Positions 28,504 to 37,312 of a stretch of DNA of 49,331 bases are shown here, piece by piece. The stretch is from IMG/VR virus record IMGVR_UViG_3300003969_000007, positions 1-49,331 of that record. One strand, given 5' to 3'. Position 1 is the stretch's first letter. Every line of letters starts with the position of its first letter. The notes beneath the pieces were generated by a model. It searched no databases and was not told the DNA's origin. It was given only the letters and a program-made list of their open reading frames with translations. This stretch comes from a virus. Its lineage: Duplodnaviria > Caudoviricetes. The translations under genes and the position numbers were made by a program.

Positions 28504-29043
28504 TCAATCTACGCGGGGACGCAAGTCGCCCAGTTCCTGCAAGTGTTCTCTCAGCGCGGCCTCTAGTGCTACGTGCATGGCATGGGTGTCGACGCCCAAT
28601 TTAGCGGCCATCTGAGCTGAAACACGTGCGGGCCAGTTCAGCCAGGCATCGCGCTCCGAGCGCGCCAGCTTAAAAACATGCGCAATAGCCTGCGGACGGT
28701 CAACCAGCTCTCCCTTGAGCCTTGCCAGTCGGACCTTGTTCGTTTGCGCCTTGACCACCTCGTTGACGGTGCGCGCCTGAAGCAGCGACGTTCCGCCCGT
28801 TCCCTGAGTGGCCGGTAACCCTGCGGTCGCCTCACCACTAATTTCCCGTACCACCACGCTCTCAGCACGTCCCCTGGTTCCCTGTTTGGGGGAATCCGTA
28901 TTGCGCGCCCAATCGGCATCGGCCCGATCTATATCGATCGTTCCGTCGGCTTCTGGCGTAACGCGTCCAGTGCGAATGGCCTTGTGCACAGCGGTGTCGG
29001 TAACCCCCCTGTGGCGGGCATAGGCACGAATCGAGATTCCCAT
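28504..29043 (-). CDS. terS: Terminase small subunit (Nu1-like)
   Basis: N-terminal HTH (SIRAYARHRGVTDTAVHKAI) and LARLKGELV; directly upstream of terL. Confidence 0.8.
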   Translation of the reverse strand: MGISIRAYARHRGVTDTAVHKAIRTGRVTPEADGTIDIDRADADWARNTDSPKQGTRGRAESVVVREISGEATAGLPATQGTGGTSLLQARTVNEVVKAQTNKVRLARLKGELVDRPQAIAHVFKLARSERDAWLNWPARVSAQMAAKLGVDTHAMHVALEAALREHLQELGDLRPRVD

Positions 29044-29084
29044 TTGGATATTTCAAACATTTGTTTGTTTTCTTGCAGATTTAG

Positions 29085-29126
29085 CTTGGCTTCCATCCGA
29101 AACAGAGCGTTCATAGAGGCATCGCA
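29085..29126 (+). promoter_or_regulatory. Bipartite conserved motif, copy 1
   Basis: CTTGGCTTC-N9-CAGAGCGTTCATAGAGGCATCGCA upstream of the ORF at 29150. Confidence 0.75.
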
Positions 29127-29149
29127 ACATAGCAACGAAAGCCAAGCAA

Positions 29150-29389
29150 ATGAAAACGATCAAGACCGAAGTCACCGACACCAACCACCGCGCACGCGGC
29201 TCCATGACCATCCAGGTCGACTTTGATAAGACTGGACCCAGCCTGGTCGAACACGACGGCCAGACCTACTGCTACACGCGCAAGGCGGGTACTAACCGCA
29301 AGACCGGATTGGAAGTGCGCGAGATGGCCACCGTCGATGACGCACGCCTTTGGATCACCCTGGACGGCACACAAGTCTGGGAGGACTGA
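29150..29389 (+). CDS. Small hypothetical protein (79 aa)
   Basis: ORF directly after motif copy 1 with plausible codon usage. Confidence 0.7.
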   Translation: MKTIKTEVTDTNHRARGSMTIQVDFDKTGPSLVEHDGQTYCYTRKAGTNRKTGLEVREMATVDDARLWITLDGTQVWED

Positions 29390-29447
29390 AAACCACCCCC
29401 GAGCAACAAATCATCAACCCAATCAACAAATCACTTAAGGATTTCAA

Positions 29448-30026
29448 ATGACCACGATTCAACTCACCACCACCCAAGCCCAAGTCCTGCAACACGCGCT
29501 GGATCACAACGATGGCCGCATTGAGTGGTTCCCCGAAAGCGTCAAAGGCGGAGCACGCAAAAAGGTACTCGACGGACTTTTCAACCGCGCCTTAATCACC
29601 ACGGACGGCGGTACACACTGGTACGTCGCGGCCGAAGGCTACGACGCACTGAGTCGCCCACGCCCCACGGTCGCAGTCGTTACGCCCTTGGCACCCTCGG
29701 CCGGAGAACCGGAACTGGAGGCCACTGTGGCGCAACAAGAGGCTCAGTTGGCCAACCGGAAACAAGTCACAACCCCAGTCGACCAGCCTTCTGACACGTC
29801 GCCAGAACCCGTCAAGGTTCGCACCCGCGAAAACAGCAAGCAGGCACAGGTCATCGCCATGCTCAAGCGTCCCGAAGGAACAACGATCGCGCAGATCTGC
29901 GAGGCCACCGGATGGCAAGCCCACACGGTGCGCGGCACCTTTGCCGGAGCCTTCAAAAAGAAGCTCGGCATGACCATCGAGTCGGACAAGGTCCAGGGTG
30001 GCGAGCGCGTCTACCGCACCGCCTAA
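29448..30026 (+). CDS. DUF3489 domain protein (C-terminal winged-HTH-like)
   Basis: RENSKQAQVIAMLKRPEGTTIAQICEATGWQAHTVRG...KKLG; RBS TAAGGA. Confidence 0.85.
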   Translation: MTTIQLTTTQAQVLQHALDHNDGRIEWFPESVKGGARKKVLDGLFNRALITTDGGTHWYVAAEGYDALSRPRPTVAVVTPLAPSAGEPELEATVAQQEAQLANRKQVTTPVDQPSDTSPEPVKVRTRENSKQAQVIAMLKRPEGTTIAQICEATGWQAHTVRGTFAGAFKKKLGMTIESDKVQGGERVYRTA

Positions 30027-30027
30027 T

Positions 30028-30089
30028 TCAAAAAATGATTGAAAAGATGCGAGATAAAGCTTGGCTTCTTTTCAGAACAGAGCGTTCAT
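30028..30089 (+). promoter_or_regulatory. Bipartite conserved motif, copy 2
   Basis: TCAAAAAATGATTGAAAAGATGC-N9-CTTGGCTTC-N9-CAGAGCGTTCAT. Confidence 0.75.
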
Positions 30090-30130
30090 GCAGTTGTCGT
30101 GATTGCCGACGAATTAATAGGAAACCCACC

Positions 30131-30520
30131 GTGAACACAACCACCGCAACCACCCCAACGACATCAACCATGACGATCACCATCGAGCGCACGCCACGCA
30201 CCATGACCTGGGAGGGTCTTGCCATCCAGGTCGAGGAGTTAAGCGTGCGCCTGCCCTTTGCCAGAAAGCCTGCCGACCTCAGCGAGGTGGGCGGCTACGG
30301 CAACACCAAAATCTTTGTTACCGAGACGCGGGAGATGACCCCAAGTGAATTCGACGCCTTTGCCAGCAACCTGATGAAATCGCGTGACTGGCTGCGTGGC
30401 AAAGGTGGCGGCACCGGTGACGGTTACTTCTGCGTGGAGGTGAGCGCACCCGGTCGCCCCTACCTGTATGTCAACCCGGAAGGCTGCGACTACGCCCGGT
30501 ACGTCGCTCGCCTCGGATGA
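30131..30520 (+). CDS. Hypothetical protein (129 aa)
   Basis: GTG after TAGGAAA; PFARKP...SRDWL.GKGG...LYVNPEG.DYARYV. The upstream extension in the ORF track runs through the motif and is unlikely. Confidence 0.72.
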   Translation: MNTTTATTPTTSTMTITIERTPRTMTWEGLAIQVEELSVRLPFARKPADLSEVGGYGNTKIFVTETREMTPSEFDAFASNLMKSRDWLRGKGGGTGDGYFCVEVSAPGRPYLYVNPEGCDYARYVARLG

Positions 30521-30523
30521 ATA

Positions 30524-30597
30524 TCAAAAATAGATTGAAAAGATGCCAAAAACAACTTGGCTTCTAAGTGAATCAGAGCGTTACTAGAGGCATCGCA
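30524..30597 (+). promoter_or_regulatory. Bipartite conserved motif, copy 3
   Basis: TCAAAAATAGATTGAAAAGATGC-N9-CTTGGCTTC-N9-CAGAGCGTTACTAGAGGCATCGCA. Confidence 0.75.
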
Positions 30598-30617
30598 CAC
30601 ACCAACAGGAAATTGAA

Positions 30618-30791
30618 ATGACAAGCACTCAAGATCAACGCATCAACCGCCTGGAGCCAGGCCAGGAAATCCGTCTCTCTGGTACCAACGACCTCTGGGT
30701 TACCGTCGAGCGAAGCGGCAGCGGTAAGTGGCTACGTTTCGTTCGTCACACTCCCAACGGCTTCTCGGTTTTCAAGACCACTCGCTTCTGA
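30618..30791 (+). CDS. Small hypothetical protein (57 aa), absent from the ORF track
   Basis: CAGGAAA RBS then MTSTQDQRINRLEPGQEIRLSGTNDLWVTVERSGSGKWLRFVRHTPNGFSVFKTTRF*; follows motif copy 3. Confidence 0.65.
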   Translation: MTSTQDQRINRLEPGQEIRLSGTNDLWVTVERSGSGKWLRFVRHTPNGFSVFKTTRF

Positions 30792-32033
30792 TTCCAAAGC
30801 ATCGAACGCCACCCCATCCGACTCGCGGGTGGCCTTCTTTCCGGTCCAATCCTGCCAGCGCCGCACGATCACATCCACGTATTTGGGATCCAATTCGATC
30901 AGACGTGCGATACGGCCCGTCTTTTCTGCGGCGATCAATGTAGTGCCGGAACCGCCAAACGGATCCATCACCGAATTCCCTGGCCGACTGGAGTTGCGAA
31001 TGGCACGCTCCACCAATTCGACCGGCTTCATGGTCGGATGCAAATCGTTCTTGTGGGGCTTTTTGATCTGCCACACATCGCTCTGGTCCCGGTCGCCACA
31101 CCAATGGTGCTTGCCACCTTCGGGCCATCCATAAAGGATTGGCTCATACTGGCGCTGGTAATCAGAGCGCCCCATGGTGAAGGTGTTCTTGGCCCAGATG
31201 ACGAAAGTCGACCACTTACCACCAGCCTCCCGAAAGGCCGACTGGAGCACGTCCAGTTCACTGGAAGACATGGCCACGTAGATGGCACCCTTGCAATTGG
31301 CCACCGTGGGAGTTAGCGCCGCCAGCAAGAAGTCATAGAACCCATCGCCCAGGTTGTCGTTGAGGATGGCGCGGTTTTTGCCGCGCATCTTGTCCTTAGC
31401 GGTATTGGCGTAGTTGACGTTGTAGGGCGGATCGGTGAACACCATGTCCACTTCCTCACCTTGCAACAACTGCACATAGCTGTCCACCTGCGTGGAGTCT
31501 CCGCACAACAGCCGGTGCGAACCCAGTAGCCAAACGTCGCCGGTACATGAGATTAGGGTCTCCTGGACCTCCGGCACGGAATCGTCTTCGGTGTTACCTG
31601 GATCTTCACCGTCGCCGCCCGCCATGAGCTCGGCAAGCGCATCGGCATCAAAGCCGGTGAGCGACATGTCGAAGTCGTCGAGCTGCAGGGCTTCCATTTC
31701 CACGCGCAGCATGTCCTCATCCCAGCCCGCTTTCTCAGCAATTCGGTTGTCCGCAATGACCAGTGCGCGGCGTTGTGTGGGGCTAAGGTGCTCCAGCACC
31801 ACGACCGGGACCATTTCCATTGAGAGCTTCTGCGCCGCGGCCAACCTACCGTGACCTGCCACGATCACACCATCGGCACCTGTCAGGATCGGATTGGTAA
31901 ATCCAAACTCCGCAATGGAAGCTGCGATCTGCGCCACCTGTTCTTCCGAATGGGTCCGAGCATTGCGGGCATACGGCAATAGCTTGGCAACTGGCCACAG
32001 CTGGATCTTGTCGGCAAGCCAGGATGCAGTCAT
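30732..32033 (-). CDS. ParB-like domain fused to an N6/N4 DNA methyltransferase
   Basis: N-terminal PYARNAR.H...AGHGRL..A; methyltransferase motifs FTDPPY, HPTMKP, DPFGGSGTT. Confidence 0.93.
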   Translation of the reverse strand: MTASWLADKIQLWPVAKLLPYARNARTHSEEQVAQIAASIAEFGFTNPILTGADGVIVAGHGRLAAAQKLSMEMVPVVVLEHLSPTQRRALVIADNRIAEKAGWDEDMLRVEMEALQLDDFDMSLTGFDADALAELMAGGDGEDPGNTEDDSVPEVQETLISCTGDVWLLGSHRLLCGDSTQVDSYVQLLQGEEVDMVFTDPPYNVNYANTAKDKMRGKNRAILNDNLGDGFYDFLLAALTPTVANCKGAIYVAMSSSELDVLQSAFREAGGKWSTFVIWAKNTFTMGRSDYQRQYEPILYGWPEGGKHHWCGDRDQSDVWQIKKPHKNDLHPTMKPVELVERAIRNSSRPGNSVMDPFGGSGTTLIAAEKTGRIARLIELDPKYVDVIVRRWQDWTGKKATRESDGVAFDALESEASGLENREAVGSVTNET

Positions 32034-32145
32034 GCCAACACCTGCAAGTCACTGTTCACAGTGCAATAGCGGATGCAAGCAGTGTGAGACGCTATTTTTC
32101 GGCACTCGACATTGAGCTTTTTCAAAGTAGGAAACCTCAAAATGG

Positions 32146-32178
32146 AAAACCCGCCGACAGCATTTGCGGTGGGCGGGT
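32146..32178 (-). terminator. Hairpin / possible intrinsic terminator in the late leader
   Basis: ACCCGCC...GGCGGGT stem followed by a short T run on the minus strand. Confidence 0.5.
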
Positions 32179-32216
32179 CTAAGGGAAACTGGATGGGCCT
32201 ACGGGGCGGTCTGGGG

Positions 32217-32314
32217 TGCAACCCTGCAAACCCTGCAAACCTGGGTTTGCACTCTGTCGCTAGGGGACTCTTGCGCTCGCTCCCCCCGCATACGTTTTTG
32301 GCCAGGGAGGACCC
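32217..32314 (-). other. Putative lambda-type cos site (cosQ, cosN, cosB)
   Basis: Minus strand: GGGTCCT, 17 nt, TGCG-N11-CGCA dyad, then TGCAAACC repeats in both orientations. Confidence 0.6.
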
Positions 32315-32488
32315 GTCGAAATCTGACGGGCCATCTGATTTCTCAGACCTCTCGCAACCATAGCTGTGAATATAGGTCAAAGCGATATGAAATGCGACAC
32401 CCCTTTTTTGACCTCACTCCGCATCTCTTGGCAGTCGTTTGCAAGTGTCCCAAGCCTTTGTCAATATTGCTCAATACTGCCAACGCCT

Positions 32489-32896
32489 TCACTTGCCCAC
32501 TGCATTGAGTTGGTCAGTGACACTCTGCAGTGACCGGGTCCAGTGCCGTTGCGCTGTCTTGGTGCAGCAGGCAAAGCGAATGCCGATCTCCCTCCAGCCA
32601 TAGCGCTTGGCACGCATCCACACCAGATGGCGTTGCTCGACCTCAAGCCACAGCACCCAGCGCATCGTCTCCAGCATTCGGTCAACGTCCTCGGGGCTCG
32701 GTGGGAAGGGCCGGTGCACAGGCTCGTCAGCCGAGAAGGCTTCCCATTCATTGCGAGCGAAGTCAGGCCAGCAGTTGAAGTAGCCTTGCACACGCACTGG
32801 TGGCAGACGCCTGGCAGTGGCTGCAGCCTCAGTGAAGCGGTCGGCCACAGTGTCTGGCGTCCAGATCGATGTGGGATTACGGGTGGTGTTAACCAT
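32489..32896 (-). CDS. Putative late-gene regulator (DUF6362-like, C-terminal HTH)
   Basis: W..DTVADRF.EAA...RLP; LVWMRA.RYGWREIG; last gene before the cos-like site, the position of lambda Q. Confidence 0.65.
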   Translation of the reverse strand: MVNTTRNPTSIWTPDTVADRFTEAAATARRLPPVRVQGYFNCWPDFARNEWEAFSADEPVHRPFPPSPEDVDRMLETMRWVLWLEVEQRHLVWMRAKRYGWREIGIRFACCTKTAQRHWTRSLQSVTDQLNAVGK

Positions 32897-33098
32897 GCTT
32901 GCTACCTCCCTTGCCATACAGCCGTTCGCCAATGCGTTGCACCAACTCACGCTCACAGAAGTCCAGACGGGTGTCGTCTGCGTTGACCACCAGGATGTGC
33001 TGCTCAATCCAGCCGGATCGTTTGACAGCATCCAGGTCAGTGACTTGGGGCTGCAGGCGTGCCAGGGCGCAGCGGTAAGGTTGTGCGGGCACCTTCAC
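32889..33098 (-). CDS. Small conserved phage hypothetical protein (69 aa)
   Basis: GTG after AGGAGG; VKRSGW..HILVV..DD.RL..ERE. Confidence 0.6.
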   Translation of the reverse strand: MKVPAQPYRCALARLQPQVTDLDAVKRSGWIEQHILVVNADDTRLDFCERELVQRIGERLYGKGGSKHG

Positions 33099-33099
33099 G

Positions 33100-33582
33100 T
33101 CACACCTCCTGTGTGTCGATGGCCCAGTGCAGGATGGCCAAGGCATCGGCTTCGTTGTCGTCAGTGACCGGGTGTCCCAGGGCACGCATGGCGGCAATCA
33201 CGTCACCTTTGCCAGCATTGCCTTTGCCGGTGGCGTGCTTTTTGATCGTGCCCACTGGCACGCCCTGGTATGGGATGCGGTGGTGCTCGCACCAAGTGGT
33301 GAGCGTGGCCATCAGGCCGCCATAGACATGGGCAGCATCAACTCCTACGTGGCGACGAACCTCCTCGAAGTACACAGCGTTGATGTCGCCAGTGATGTTC
33401 TTGATCTCTGCCAGCCAATTTTTGAACCGCAGGAAGCGCATTCCCCCGCCTTCAAACCGCTGAGTCTTGAAGCTGACAAAGCCATGTGCTGTGTTGCCGT
33501 CGCGTGGGCGCAGCGCCCATCCGGTGGTTGTTCCGAGATCGAGTGCCAGGGTGACCGTTTGAAAAGTGTTGTTCGATTCCAT
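33100..33582 (-). CDS. RuvC-like Holliday junction resolvase
   Basis: LALDLGTTTGWA, FEEV, KKHATGKGNA.K, DNEADA. Confidence 0.8.
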   Translation of the reverse strand: MESNNTFQTVTLALDLGTTTGWALRPRDGNTAHGFVSFKTQRFEGGGMRFLRFKNWLAEIKNITGDINAVYFEEVRRHVGVDAAHVYGGLMATLTTWCEHHRIPYQGVPVGTIKKHATGKGNAGKGDVIAAMRALGHPVTDDNEADALAILHWAIDTQEV

Positions 33583-33617
33583 GGTGATGAGTCCGTTAAT
33601 TGGTTTGGTTTTGTGGG

Positions 33618-33782
33618 GACTGACGCAGCCGACGCATGTCACGGTTACCTTCCATAACCTGCGCGTCACGCCTCGCGCGTGAGGAGTTAACCGTAGGAAA
33701 AGTCGGCTGCGTCAGAACAGCGTTTGACTGACACAGCCGACGCACAAGTGCGGATTGGCAATAAGCGTCAGCAGCGTCAGTC
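33618..33782. repeat. Four iteron-like repeats in two inverted pairs; putative replication origin
   Basis: GACTGAC(G/A)CAGCCGACGCA at 33618-33636 and 33726-33744; inverted copies at 33702-33715 and 33765-33782; immediately downstream of the primase gene. Confidence 0.7.
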
Positions 33783-33832
33783 GTTGGGTTCATTGCGGGC
33801 ATTTGCATGATTTCGCAGGCAATTGGGGACGT

Positions 33833-36202
33833 CTAGTTGTCCGAGTACGGCGTGTAGCCCGGTGTGCGCACTTCCTTCAATCCGATGCCCTGATAGCCAC
33901 GCAGTCCGACCGAATTGCGCCACTTCTCCAGCCCACGGGTCAGAAGCAGGTCCGAGAATCGACGCTGCGGTCCGACAAACTCCCCGGCAGCCTCTGCCCA
34001 CTGTTTCCAGTCTGAGAAAAGCTCGGTCGTGAGTGACTTGGCACTGGCCACGCGCACACACCGTTCCTCTAGCCAACGCCCAAGCGCATCCTCTGCCTCG
34101 AAATACTCGTGGGTCGCACTGACCACACTCTCGGGCGCAATCAGACCCTCGCGCTGCCAAGCCAGACAGCCCTGAATGCCCCACTCGAAAATGGCATTGC
34201 GCTCGATCAACAGCTTGGCTTGCAGTTGCTTGTCACGCTTTTCTGGCGGCACAGTGATCGTGAACGGAATCAGATGCAGCCTGCGCCGCATGGCCTCGTC
34301 AATGTTGCGAATGGCTGGCTTGTGGTTACCCGCAATGACCAGCTTGAACTGAGGGAAGAAGGTGAAGAAGTCCTGGCGCATGAAACGTGCCGAGACTCGG
34401 TCGCCGCCAGTAATCTCCTTGATCTTCGATTCGTTCCAACGCCGCCCTTGCTCAGTCTCGGTAGCACCCACGAACCGTGCGCCGCGCAGGCCTGCCAGAT
34501 CAGTGGGATGCCGGTCACCGCGCGACTCCATAAACGTGTCCATAGGCGCGTTGGCTGCGTAGTCGCCCAGCAGCGTGAACAGCGTATTGACGAACACCGA
34601 CTTTCCGTTGGCACCCGTGCCGTACAAAAAGAACAGCGCGTGCTCCTGGGTGGATCCGGTCAGGCAGTAGCCGAAAACCTTTTGCAGGTAGTGGATTTGC
34701 GACTGGTCGCCTCCGGTCACATCTGCCAGAAACGCAAGCCAATGCGGACAGTTGCTTCCAGCTTGCAGAGTGGCAGTGCAAATCTTGGTCATGCGGTCGC
34801 TGCGCTGGTGTGCGCGCATGCGGCCTGTGCGCAAATCGACCACACCACCCGGGGTGTTGATCATCCACTCATCGGCGTCCCACTCATTAGTAGTGCCTGC
34901 ATGCCTGCGATCCGTACGTGCCAGTCGTTCAACCCCTCCAATGGTGCTGGCACCTGCCAGTTTGGCGGCGGTCTTGATGTTTGATGATTTGAGCGAGGCA
35001 TGGCGACACACATGACGCACCAAGTCGGATGCAGCCAAAGTGTCCTCACTGCGCCAGCGCTGGCCATCCCACATCAACCACTTTCCCCACGCCGCAACGT
35101 AACGCCAGTCATGTTGGTAGCGCCTGGTAAAGGTCAGTGCAAGCGCATCTTCAGTACCCCAAACGGCAGACTGCTGAGCGCCCGGGGCGTGGCCACCACC
35201 AGTTTCATCGTCGCCAGCAGCAGGGCCACCGCCATCATTTGCGTCCTCGCCTTCATAAGGGACCTGCATCTGGATCCGGGGACCATTGGCAATCACGTCG
35301 CCGACATCCATGGCCTCGGCGATTGCGTCTGCTGCGTCCCACCCATCTGGCTTGTCCTCGGGTGGATACAGAATGGCGCACGACGTGGCACCCGCTGCCA
35401 TGATTGCCTGCGAGGCACGGTCCGCGTACTCCCATCCAGGCTTGTCGCGATCTGGCCAAATCACAATGGCCTTTCCTGCCAGTGGTGTCCAGTCAGTCTT
35501 GTCAATCGGCGCGTTGGCTCCGAACATGGCAGTGGTCGCGCAGATCCCGGCATAGATCAAGGCCTGTGCGCATTTCTCGCCCTCGACCAGAACAACTTGG
35601 TCAGCGCCAGCCATACCCGGCTGGTTGTACAGGGGACGTGGATCTGGAGGAGCCATCTTGCGGCGCTGCGCGTCCCAAGGTCGGAATTCCTTGCCTCCAG
35701 AGGGTGGGTCATAGCGGTACACCACGGCGATGAGCTTGCCACTGGCATCCAGATAGTCCCACTTGGCCGTGGCTGGACCAAGATCGTCGACGGGTACCTC
35801 GCGCTTCCTTGCTTTCGGCATCATGGCTGGCGCACGCCCAACCAGATCGCTGGCGTGCTTGAGGACGTTGGCAAAGTCCGCCTGCACATCGACGCAAAAG
35901 TGGCGGGCGATCAGATCGAAAATGTCACCGCCTTCGCCATTGGCACGGTCTGTCCAGAGACCAGCCTTCTCGCCGTCGAGGACTATCTCCAGACTGTCGC
36001 CCGGACTGCCAAGAACGTCACCAATGTGGAACTTGCCGCGTTTGCGTTTGCCTGCGGGAAATAGCGTGGCCAGCACGGACTCAAGCCTTGTCAGCAATGC
36101 TGCGCGAACTTCTTCTCGATTGGCTTCCCGTTGAGCGTCACATTTGGCAATCGCATCGCCACTTTGTTCACCCGGTACCTCTGACTCATTGAAGTCGAGC
36201 AT
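33833..36202 (-). CDS. P4-family primase-helicase (TOPRIM + D5_N + SF3 helicase)
   Basis: VLVEGEKCA, WPDRD..G, YGTGANGKS, IKEITGGD; start MLDFN after GGAG. Confidence 0.92.
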   Translation of the reverse strand: MLDFNESEVPGEQSGDAIAKCDAQREANREEVRAALLTRLESVLATLFPAGKRKRGKFHIGDVLGSPGDSLEIVLDGEKAGLWTDRANGEGGDIFDLIARHFCVDVQADFANVLKHASDLVGRAPAMMPKARKREVPVDDLGPATAKWDYLDASGKLIAVVYRYDPPSGGKEFRPWDAQRRKMAPPDPRPLYNQPGMAGADQVVLVEGEKCAQALIYAGICATTAMFGANAPIDKTDWTPLAGKAIVIWPDRDKPGWEYADRASQAIMAAGATSCAILYPPEDKPDGWDAADAIAEAMDVGDVIANGPRIQMQVPYEGEDANDGGGPAAGDDETGGGHAPGAQQSAVWGTEDALALTFTRRYQHDWRYVAAWGKWLMWDGQRWRSEDTLAASDLVRHVCRHASLKSSNIKTAAKLAGASTIGGVERLARTDRRHAGTTNEWDADEWMINTPGGVVDLRTGRMRAHQRSDRMTKICTATLQAGSNCPHWLAFLADVTGGDQSQIHYLQKVFGYCLTGSTQEHALFFLYGTGANGKSVFVNTLFTLLGDYAANAPMDTFMESRGDRHPTDLAGLRGARFVGATETEQGRRWNESKIKEITGGDRVSARFMRQDFFTFFPQFKLVIAGNHKPAIRNIDEAMRRRLHLIPFTITVPPEKRDKQLQAKLLIERNAIFEWGIQGCLAWQREGLIAPESVVSATHEYFEAEDALGRWLEERCVRVASAKSLTTELFSDWKQWAEAAGEFVGPQRRFSDLLLTRGLEKWRNSVGLRGYQGIGLKEVRTPGYTPYSDN

Positions 36203-36578
36203 CGAAACTCCTATTACTGTGTTTTTGTTGGTTGTTAAATGGGCCGGTGAGTACGCGCGGCTTCCCAATGGCCGGGGGACAAGCATCTGCACTGAGGTAC
36301 TGGGTTTTGATTGCCACCTCCCGCACAAAGCAAGGATCCAGTCCTACCGCCTGCGCCCAGGCCTCGAGTCGCCAGCAATACATGAAACGCCGTGCCGCGG
36401 CCTTATCGAAATTTTCACCAAGTGAGCAATCGGCAATGGCCTGGGAAATCACCGACACGATCAGTTGCACTTCTGGGCATGTGGCGTCGACACTGCGAAG
36501 CAGCATTCGATGCACAGCGCGAATACCCACCAATGGCTTGAGCACCTTGGGGTGCTTGCGGGGCTGGATACCAGTCAT
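36186..36578 (-). CDS. Hypothetical protein (130 aa)
   Basis: Fills the gap between nuclease and primase and overlaps both; PEVQLIVSVISQAIAD. Confidence 0.6.
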   Translation of the reverse strand: MTGIQPRKHPKVLKPLVGIRAVHRMLLRSVDATCPEVQLIVSVISQAIADCSLGENFDKAAARRFMYCWRLEAWAQAVGLDPCFVREVAIKTQYLSADACPPAIGKPRVLTGPFNNQQKHSNRSFDARLQ

Positions 36579-37312
36579 GCGCGCTCCTTCCAGCAGCGAT
36601 CAGCCCACGCACAGAACTTGCACTCAAAGTGGGTTGAATCCGTGAACGCGCGCGGCAACAAGTCGCCTGCCTCGGTTGCTTCAATGACACGTACCGCCCG
36701 ATCCGACATGCGCTGTGCAAGACCTGCGTCGAAAGGAATCAGCTCGGCATAGACCTCCATGGTGTCGGCGTTGACGGCTGTGAAGAGCGCCGGATGTTCA
36801 TGCAGTCCAAGATAGGTCTGATACAGCGCGATCTGAGCGGCATAGACCGGCTTGGACACAGCCAACTTGCGTTTCTCAACGTCACGCCAGGACTTGGCAC
36901 CCAGGCACTTGTTTTCCCACAGGGCCGGATAGGTAAAGCCCTCCGGGCCGCCTACCAGCACACCATCAACATGGCCACGCAGGCGACCATTGGCCACTGA
37001 AAACCCAAACTGGTGACCCTGTCCATCCTCAGTCTTGAGATGAAATCCTGCCAGCCGCAACCAGCGGATTGCCATGTCCTCAGTGCGGTGGCCACGCTCA
37101 AAGATACGCAGCAGGCGACCAGAGAATCCCTTGTCGGGATCCACCGGGGCCTTGGCGTACTCAAATTGCAGCTGTCTCTCGCAAGAGGTACCGACCCGCG
37201 ACGCACCCAGGTAGTCGCGCGCCGCAGTCGTATCGCGCTCAGATTCGAGCGCCTGGTCCATCAGTGCTTGCAGGCGACCTGACAGGCTCGCAGTCGTGTT
37301 GAAGTCGATCAC
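36575..37312 (-). CDS. Cas4-like / PD-(D/E)XK exonuclease with Fe-S cysteines
   Basis: YLGASRVG..CER, GHVDG, WENK, QIALYQ, CKFC....RC. Confidence 0.85.
   Translation of the reverse strand: MIDFNTTASLSGRLQALMDQALESERDTTAARDYLGASRVGTSCERQLQFEYAKAPVDPDKGFSGRLLRIFERGHRTEDMAIRWLRLAGFHLKTEDGQGHQFGFSVANGRLRGHVDGVLVGGPEGFTYPALWENKCLGAKSWRDVEKRKLAVSKPVYAAQIALYQTYLGLHEHPALFTAVNADTMEVYAELIPFDAGLAQRMSDRAVRVIEATEAGDLLPRAFTDSTHFECKFCAWADRCWKERA

Noticed and set aside
29085-30597. Repeated motif as a CRISPR array or integron attC sites
   Set aside because: The copies are non-palindromic, have a variable core and are separated by whole genes; no Cas1 or integron integrase is present.
32030-32508. Several ORFs across the cos-like region
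   Set aside because: No RBS or protein features; the region is better explained by cis-acting sites.
36575-37312. Cas4-like nuclease as a sign of CRISPR-Cas
   Set aside because: No array or other cas genes; it sits in a typical phage ATPase/SSB/exonuclease recombination module.
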